Positions 61,200 to 64,000 of a stretch of DNA of 64,000 nucleotides are shown here, in pieces. Each line of letters starts with the position of its first letter. Position 1 is the stretch's first letter. The notes beneath the pieces are model-generated. The model did not search any database. It was not told where the DNA came from and saw only the letters and a program-made list of their open reading frames with translations. The position numbers were made by a program, and so were the translations under genes. Origin of the DNA: Dicyema japonicum (lineage: Eukaryota > Animalia > Dicyemida). The stretch lies in the NCBI GenBank assembly GCA_011109175.1, contig RDEW01000029.1:220158-284157 (forward strand), written 5' to 3'.

Positions 61200-62850
61200 A
61201 CAAAGGAAGAAACTCATGCGAATCTCTGCTGCCATGAATAACCAGACCTCAATTTCCAACATGTGGAAGATGTTGAGGCGTCTGAAGAACCCAGAATACG
61301 AAGATAACAAAGAACAATGCCAGCTCAATCTGAAGAAACATTGTATTCGAATCAGTCACATTCCTTATAAAAAGATTAACACACAAACGAAAATAAAGAG
61401 AAAGCCATCCAAATTTGCCCCGCTGATTTATTTTCTCCCTAAAGATGTATCCAAAGCAATATCAAATCAGAAAAAAACAAACTCATGTGGCCCAGACGGA
61501 ATTCCTCTTATTCTGCTGAAACACTTGGGCCCAGCATCAATAAATGCATTAACAATCATCTACAACACATCGCTGAACATAAATACCATACCGACTTTAT
61601 GGAAACTATCAAAAATTCGACCAATATTGAAGCCGGGAAGACCGAAGAACGATCCCGGCTCTTACAGACCAGTTTCCCTTATATGTGTTTTGCCGAGGAT
61701 CCTGGAGAAACTGGTCCTAAAAGTTATTCGCCCTTTTCTCCCACAACTTACATTCCAACATGGCTTCAAGGAAGGATTATCAACAACCTCCTTCCTAACA
61801 ACATTAATGAAGTTCGTAACTGAAGGACACAAGAACAAGCCAAAACAGGAAAAATCGGTCATATGTACGATCGACATTCAAAAAGCTTTCGACTCTGTCC
61901 CAAGGAAGATCCTCATACGAAAAATATTTTTGACAAAAATTGATGCACCATTAAAGTTATGGTTAGCAAATTTCGTAAGTGGACGCCGAGGGAAAGTATC
62001 CGTCAGAAACAAGAGTTCCAGATCGGGATTATTACCCAATGGTGTACCCCAAGGATCTCCTCTGTCACTAATCCTTTTTAATTTGTTTTTGAGTGATCTC
62101 CCCGTTCCTATGAATAATAATGACATGCTACTTATGCCGATGACATAGTTGTTGCATCTAGAGACGTAAACGTCGAACATGCTAAAGAAAGACTACAAGG
62201 AATACTAAATAACATATTTGGATGGTTGTGCGAGAATCGATTGAATGCATGTTCCGAAAAGTCAGCAGTCACTCTATTTACTAAGAATAGAAAGATGGGA
62301 ACGCAAACAATTGATATCACGTTAAATGGAGTGCCTATACCACAAAAGAAATCGCAGAGATACTGGGAGTAACTTTTGATACTTTCCTCTGCTTCTCAGC
62401 CCATGTGGAATCTATCATATCAACCTGTGCAAAGAAGATCAATTTTGTAAAGGCCTTCCTTTGGAACTGTGGAGGAATTTATCCGCCAGGTATCGGGACC
62501 CTCTACAAGCAGTATGTCGAGCCAACAATAGGCTATGCATGTGCTGCATGGGGATCTAACCTGTCGGCAACGAACCTAACAAAAATTCAAGATATCCAGT
62601 CAAGATCAAAAAAATTACTAGAAAAATATACAGATAAAGAAATTGCCCCCAGAGCACTCGAGTCTATCATAGAGGCAACTGGAGGCAATTTCAGAAGAGG
62701 AAAGGTAAAGACCCCCGTCCGTATAGAAAATACGTGGGATCACAGTCGGAGCATCGAGAAAAAATGGCCCGATTATTGAGAGATGCCGGGATCACCTGAA
62801 TATTAGTTATTGGTTAAGACGGTGTTTCTTTGGCTTAAATAATAATAATA
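61200..62850 (+). mobile_element. Jockey/I-like LINE ORF2 (RT), 5'-truncated, with (TAA)n tail
   Basis: SCGPDGI, YRPVSL, FQHGFK, IDIQKAFDSV, GVPQGSPLS, YADD across a frameshift; aataataataat at about 62839. Confidence 0.92.
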
Positions 62851-63329
62851 ATCCGCCGGATTTCCATAAAGTGACGGATTCTTGAAGATATAATTTGAAT
62901 CGTCCAAATCAGTCGACTTTCAATGCGACCTGTGAATGGGTTTCTAATAATGCCATCGAAACCCTTGTATCAACAAACTTCTATAACTTCTGCCGCTGAA
63001 CATTCATGGAAACGAAGCTTTTCTATCGTGGAAAGTTCGTATCCACTAGTCGAGCCTCCACTGCGACCACCATACGGATGTAAAAGACTATATGGCAAAT
63101 CGGACCACCGGCTTCATGGCTGTGCCCTTTTCCTTCTAGACGACCACAAGACAGGCAACCTCTTTTCTTCTTGGATATACCTGACGGATCTCTGGAAGCG
63201 TCCGTTTTGGTGGTTACTTTTCTGTTTGCCACCGATTTCCTTCACTTAAGAGACCGTGGTAAATAAACTCCATCTGGAGACAATCCCTCTCCCAAGCTAT
63301 ACGTTCCATTCTTGAACTTCAAAGACATA

Positions 63330-63852
63330 CAGTAAAACCTCTCGAATCCGCCGCATTTTTAAAAATATTATTTTTTTTTCATTTTCTTATTATTTTTATT
63401 TTTTTAATTCAAAAAAACTAAAGAAATTGAACTCGGAAAATCATCAACCGAGGCATGTAAAGAAATAAAAAAAGCTGAGTAGTACAACAATAATTAACTG
63501 TTTTCGACATGCTAAATGGACCCAAGATTTTATTGAAGAAATTAATGACGAGTTTCCGCCTGAAACTTATCAAGGATTCGTGTCAAGGCTGCAAATAAAT
63601 GATCCAATTCCAGAAGATGAGTTTCTTCTCTATGTGTATACAGAGAATGAAGAGATCCTGGAAAATTCGGATGAAAATGATGAAGACAAAGAATGCATTA
63701 ATGATGGAGAACAAAATAATGAACAAGTCGTTTTAGACTATGATGCAATGCATGCTGTCTATACATTGAGGAAGTACTTTAAACAGAAGGATGAAGTTAA
63801 CATAAGTGTCTTCAATCTCCTTGATGATGTTAGTAGAAACATCAATTATTAA
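63330..63852 (+). mobile_element. pogo/Tigger-like DNA transposon remnant
   Basis: TA followed by TIR-like CAGTAAAACCTC at 63330, and an acidic C-terminus DAMHAVYTLRKYF typical of pogo tails. Confidence 0.5.
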
Positions 63853-63854
63853 AG

Positions 63855-64000
63855 CACTTTCACGAAAGCCATAATGATTATAGCCCCGCATGTGCAACAC
63901 TCAAAGAAACAATATTTATAGTTAGTCTTTTCCATCTTCCTCTGTCGAATGCGAGTGATCTCAATTCGTCCAGGTCGTCTCCCGTCTTTAGATTTTTTCT
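63855..64000 (-). mobile_element. RTE-like LINE 3' end (runs off the window)
   Basis: Near-identical to about 60810-60955. Confidence 0.85.

Overview
Compact, fairly AT-rich eukaryotic genomic scaffold. It holds about 16 host genes separated by blocks of decayed transposable elements. The genes are metazoan in type (PDZ-bearing myosin-XVIII, KIF19-like kinesin-8, CYB5D1, EPT1/SELENOI, Sts-1-like phosphatase, C-type lectin) and are split by spliceosomal micro-introns, almost all 21-27 nt. Tiny introns, ciliary genes and fast-evolving proteins best fit a dicyemid (Rhombozoa)-like parasite; this is inference, not a database result. Repeats include CRE, RTE and Jockey/I-like LINEs, Gypsy and possible BEL remnants, two hAT elements with 8-bp target-site duplications, a MULE with hairpin-bearing ends, a Helitron 3' end and a pogo fragment. 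I found no rRNA, CRISPR array or convincing tRNA. Several conserved genes carry 1-nt homopolymer frameshifts and there is an N gap at 1654, so the assembly is imperfect. The strongest unexplained signal is about 50 copies of the palindrome CACGTG (roughly 8-10 expected), concentrated in host exons and introns. Other leads are an altered U2AF65 RRM2, two micro-introns sharing 15 nt, a GC-AG micro-intron and a lectin-mucin surface protein. All counts and exon calls were made by hand.
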